Assembly: GCA_963781585.1 (NCBI GenBank) | Contig: CAWAGQ010000004.1 | Coordinates: forward strand, 608,001-672,000 | From: an uncultured Gemmatimonadaceae bacterium | Lineage (GTDB): Bacteria; Gemmatimonadota; Gemmatimonadetes; Gemmatimonadales; Gemmatimonadaceae | DNA length: 64,000 bases | Direction of reading: 5' to 3' | Part shown: positions 61,065 through 64,000 of the stretch, piece after piece | How positions within the stretch are numbered: position 1 is the stretch's first letter | Layout: every line of letters begins with the position of its first letter | Translations under genes and position numbers: made by a program | The notes under the pieces: model-generated | The model's input: only the letters and a program-made list of their open reading frames with translations | Databases searched by the model: none | Told to the model about the DNA's origin: nothing

Positions 61065-61265
61065 ATGACCACGCGATCGCGCCCTCAGAGCCCGGCTGAG
61101 CCGCCCGTCGGCGCCCGCCGGCTCATCGATTATTCGACCGGCTCGTTCTATCGCGAGCGGTTGTCCAGCGGCAAGCACATCACGTACCGGCGTGGGGCCA
61201 CGCCGGCGCATACGGACGCGGCGCGGCGCATCGCGCTGCTGCGCCTCGACCTCGCCACCCTCTAA
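61065..61265 (+). CDS. Hypothetical small protein
   Basis: TGATG coupling with ORF 60862-61065. Confidence 0.4.
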   Translation: MTTRSRPQSPAEPPVGARRLIDYSTGSFYRERLSSGKHITYRRGATPAHTDAARRIALLRLDLATL

Positions 61266-61282
61266 CGGGAGAACTCGTCCTC

Positions 61283-61973
61283 ATGCTGCCCGAATGGATT
61301 CGTGAAGTTCCCGGCTTCGCGCCGATGCTGAAGGAGTTTGACGAGAAGCAGCGGCGGCAGGCCGCGGTCGAGCGCACGCAGCTCCTCGCCGAGCGTGCGC
61401 GCATCATCGCCGAAGCGGAACGTGGCAATCGAGAGCGGTGGAAGGCGCGCGACGCTCGCGAAGGAGCGAGCGGAAGCGGCGTGGAAGGAATACCAAGCCG
61501 CGAACGCGGCGCTCGTGATCGTCATGGCCGCGGGACACAGCGCAAGTCACGCTGGGTCGCGTCAGCTGCAGCAGCTCGAGGCTCGGCTGCGCGAGTCAGC
61601 GTCTCCCGCTATCGCGGCAGCGCGCGCGCAGCTCGTGGAGCTACGCGAGCAGATCCGGCGCCTTGGCAGTGAGGGGTTCTATAGCCGAACGGCGACGCAT
61701 TTTCTCACTGGCGAGCGGGTCACGGCCGTATCCAACACGCAGGCGATCGCCCAGCGCGTGGATGCCATCGCGACCACGCTCCGCGCGCTCGATGAACTCG
61801 AACTCGTCGACGTGCGCGATCCGGAGGCTGAGGTCGCGACGATCCTCGCCGGCGTACCAGGCGGCGTGCAGGATCCGGCCACTGAGGCCGTGGTGTTCTT
61901 TGAGACGCGGCCAGTCAACCCGCCGGAAGCGCGGCGCTCAGGTGAGGTTACCCCGCTGGGACGTCGGCGATGA
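61283..61973 (+). pseudogene. Coiled-coil hypothetical protein with +1 frameshift near 61448
   Basis: The protein-like frame switches at AAG GCG c GCG ACG from ORF 61283 to ORF 61338-61973. Confidence 0.6.
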
Positions 61974-62168
61974 GGCCGCGCGTCCGGCAGGCCGGAGTCG
62001 GCCTTCGCAGCGCATGGCGCGGGAACTCGCAGACCCACCCCGGGGTCGGTCCGATCTCTGTGATCGGCCGCGTTAGGGACCGTGGCCAGCCCTCAGCGCG
62101 CCCTGGGCAGGTTTTGCGAGCCGAAAGTGCCCGGCAGGACCTTCGCAGAACGAGCGGAGGCTGAAACG

Positions 62169-62657
62169 ATGCGTGGTCCGCCGAAGAAACCGACCGCCGT
62201 CAAGCTGATCGAGGGCACCTTCCGCCGGGATCGTGCGCCGAGGCGCGAGCCGCGTCCGGTGCCAGGCGTTCCCCGGCGCCCCCGCTGGCTCGATGCCCGC
62301 GGCGCGACGAAATGGCGACAGCTCGTGGCCATCCTCGGTCCAATGCACGTGGTGACCGTGGCCGACGGCGATGCGCTAGCGCTGGCTGCGGAGGCGTTCT
62401 CGCGATTCCTGGCGGCCAGGGATGCGGTCCGACAGTTCGGCACGGTCTACAGTTCGGCGACCCCGGCCGGGGGCACGATCGTCCGGCCCCGTCCGGAGTG
62501 CGCGATGGCGACGAGCACGTGGCGGGACTATCTGCGCGCGCTGCAGGAGTTCGGCCTCACGCCGGCGGCACGCGCCCGGGTGGAAGCGCGAGACGACGGC
62601 GGGAGCGAGACCGACCGGTTCCTGTTCGATGAGTCACGCCGCCGGCGTCGAGCGTAG
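62169..62657 (+). CDS. Phage terminase small subunit, P27 family
   Basis: GGAGG RBS; RGPPKKPTAVKLIEG, PRWLD..KWRQL, EFGLTPAARARV. Confidence 0.9.
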   Translation: MRGPPKKPTAVKLIEGTFRRDRAPRREPRPVPGVPRRPRWLDARGATKWRQLVAILGPMHVVTVADGDALALAAEAFSRFLAARDAVRQFGTVYSSATPAGGTIVRPRPECAMATSTWRDYLRALQEFGLTPAARARVEARDDGGSETDRFLFDESRRRRRA

Positions 62658-62666
62658 GAGAGCCGA

Positions 62667-62807
62667 ATGACAACATCACAGCAGCATGGCGATGAGCTGA
62701 TGCTCTTGCGGGCCAGGTACGACGCGCTGGCCGCCGAGGCGGTGCGGCAGGCGATTCTCTCCGGCGGCTCGCTCAAGATCGATGTGGAGGGCATCACGGA
62801 GCCGTGA
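62667..62807 (+). CDS. Hypothetical 46-aa protein
   Basis: AGGAG RBS; GTGA overlap with the next gene. Confidence 0.5.
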   Translation: MTTSQQHGDELMLLRARYDALAAEAVRQAILSGGSLKIDVEGITEP

Positions 62808-63142
62808 CGTCTCCTCTTGCGGGCCAACTCGAGGCGCTCATCGAGCGCGCGACGGCAGAGGAATTGCCGACGCTCGCGGGAGCGTTGGCGACCGCGCTCG
62901 CGAGCGTGCTGGCGCGCGTATCGACGCCGGCCGCAGGGCCGACCCTTTCCCGGCCGCACACAACCTCTGACGGGCTCCTGGACGTGCAGCAGGCGGCCGA
63001 GCGGCTCGGGGTAGCGCCGACGTGGCTCTACCGACATGCCAGCAAGCTCCCCTTCACCCGGAAACTCGGGCACAAGACGCTCCGCTTTGACGCCCGCGGC
63101 CTCGATCGCTGGGCCGCGACGCGCGCCACGTCGCATGCTTGA
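62804..63142 (+). CDS. Excisionase-like HTH_17 protein
   Basis: LLDVQQAAERLGVAPTWLYR..LPFTRKLG..LRFD..LDRW. Confidence 0.82.
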   Translation: MTSPLAGQLEALIERATAEELPTLAGALATALASVLARVSTPAAGPTLSRPHTTSDGLLDVQQAAERLGVAPTWLYRHASKLPFTRKLGHKTLRFDARGLDRWAATRATSHA

Positions 63143-63177
63143 CATCATGCACCGGTCGGTAACACATTGGTACCAGC

Positions 63178-63423
63178 ATGAACGCCGTCACTCGCACCAT
63201 GCAGCGGATCCTCGCTGACTCGCCGGTGAGCCTTCGGGAGATTGCCCGGCGGTGCGGGGTGTCGCATGTGCAGCTCGCACGGATCGTGAATGGTGAACGC
63301 AACGCGACGCCGGCCGTGGCCGCCGCAGTGGCGACGGCGCTGGAGACACTCGGGGCCGACTGTACCGCGCGTGCGAAGCGGGTGCGGCGTTCCTTGGCCA
63401 CATCAGGCAAGGGGGAGCGATGA
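63178..63423 (+). CDS. XRE-family HTH protein
   Basis: SLREIARRCGVSHVQLARIVNGER; ATGA-coupled to the integrase. Confidence 0.8.
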   Translation: MNAVTRTMQRILADSPVSLREIARRCGVSHVQLARIVNGERNATPAVAAAVATALETLGADCTARAKRVRRSLATSGKGER

Positions 63424-64000
63424 GAGACGCGACGAAGAAGCGCGCCGAGCGTGGCGCCGGAGGGCTCTACCAGCGCGGCGGTCTGTGGTGGATTCGCTAT
63501 AGCTATCGGGGAAAGCAACTCCGCGAGTCGAGCGGCTCCGACGTGCGGAACGACGCCGTGAAGCTCTTGCGGCGGCGTCTGGCCGAGATGGGATCCGGAA
63601 AGCTCATCGGTCCGGACGCCGAGCGCACGTCGTTCGACGACCTGGCCGACATGGTGATTGCTGACTATCGGCTCAATGGCCGGCGCTCGACTCGACGGGC
63701 CACCGAGGCGCTTGCGCGGCTTCGCGGCTTCTTTGCGTTCGCGCGCGTGCCTGACGTGACGAGCGATCGCATCGCCCGCTACATCACACAACGGCAAGAG
63801 GACAGCGCCGCGGCCGCGACGATCCGATACGAGCTGTCGATGCTCAAGCGCGCCTTCACGCTCGGCATGCGCGCCGGCAAGGCCGCGACGCGCCCCTACA
63901 TCCCCACGGTGGCCGTCGATAACGCTCGCAAGGGATTCTTTGAGCCCGCAGACTTCGAGGCCGTCGAGACGCACTTGCCGGCGCCGCTGCAGCCGCTCAT
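63420..64000 (+). CDS. Tyrosine recombinase/phage integrase, N-terminal part (truncated by window)
   Basis: Arm-binding domain GLYQRGGLWWIRYSYRGKQLRESS, SAM-like core (AATIRYELSMLKRAF), NARKGFFE; not in the ORF track because there is no stop. Confidence 0.88.
   Translation, partial: MRDATKKRAERGAGGLYQRGGLWWIRYSYRGKQLRESSGSDVRNDAVKLLRRRLAEMGSGKLIGPDAERTSFDDLADMVIADYRLNGRRSTRRATEALARLRGFFAFARVPDVTSDRIARYITQRQEDSAAAATIRYELSMLKRAFTLGMRAGKAATRPYIPTVAVDNARKGFFEPADFEAVETHLPAPLQPL

Larger units (their letters stand above)
49734..64000. mobile_element. tRNA-Leu-integrated phage-satellite-like island (PICI-like); right end outside the window
   Basis: att fragment, tyrosine integrase, xis-like HTHs, repressors, AAA_25 helicase plus ori, P27 terS; no capsid, portal, terL or tail genes seen. 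Confidence 0.82.

Noticed and set aside
63054..63974. 306-aa minus-strand ORF
   Set aside because: Antisense to the clearly recognisable XRE and integrase genes
49734..64000. Complete prophage, ICE or full integron
   Set aside because: No capsid, portal, terL, tail, relaxase or T4SS genes seen; the integrase has a phage-type arm-binding N-terminus and lies about 8 kb from the first cassette, unlike IntI

Overview
GC-rich bacterial chromosome segment; gene order and protein style suggest Gemmatimonadota (inference, no search run). Positions 1-49.7 kb are mostly housekeeping genes on the minus strand: a frameshifted S1 serine-protease lipoprotein, UPF0182, PMM/PGM, the complete nuoA-N operon, dcd, sdhCAB, mdh, moaADE, HU/IHF, carA, secG, tpiA-pgk-gap, ComF, aroE, LMW-PTP, TsaC, ispD, radA (frameshifted), dnaB, UDG, coaBC, rpoZ, gmk, yicC and pepA, plus a lipoprotein gene preceded by a c-di-GMP-I riboswitch. 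From 49734 to the window end lies an integrative element bounded by the 3' fragment of a tRNA-Leu(CAA). It looks like a ~15 kb phage satellite (PICI-like): tyrosine integrase, xis-like HTHs, two repressor modules, AAA_25 helicase with a repeat-rich ori and a P27 small terminase, with no capsid, portal, large terminase or tail genes in view. Its cargo is unusual: an S49 prohead-protease homologue lacking the catalytic Ser, a DUF6941-HicA-HicB trio, an XRE-HEPN operon, and two integron gene cassettes with attC sites but no intI. The heptamer GCCTAAC/GTTAGGC recurs unusually often through the core genes. Family names come from motif recognition only; no databases were searched.
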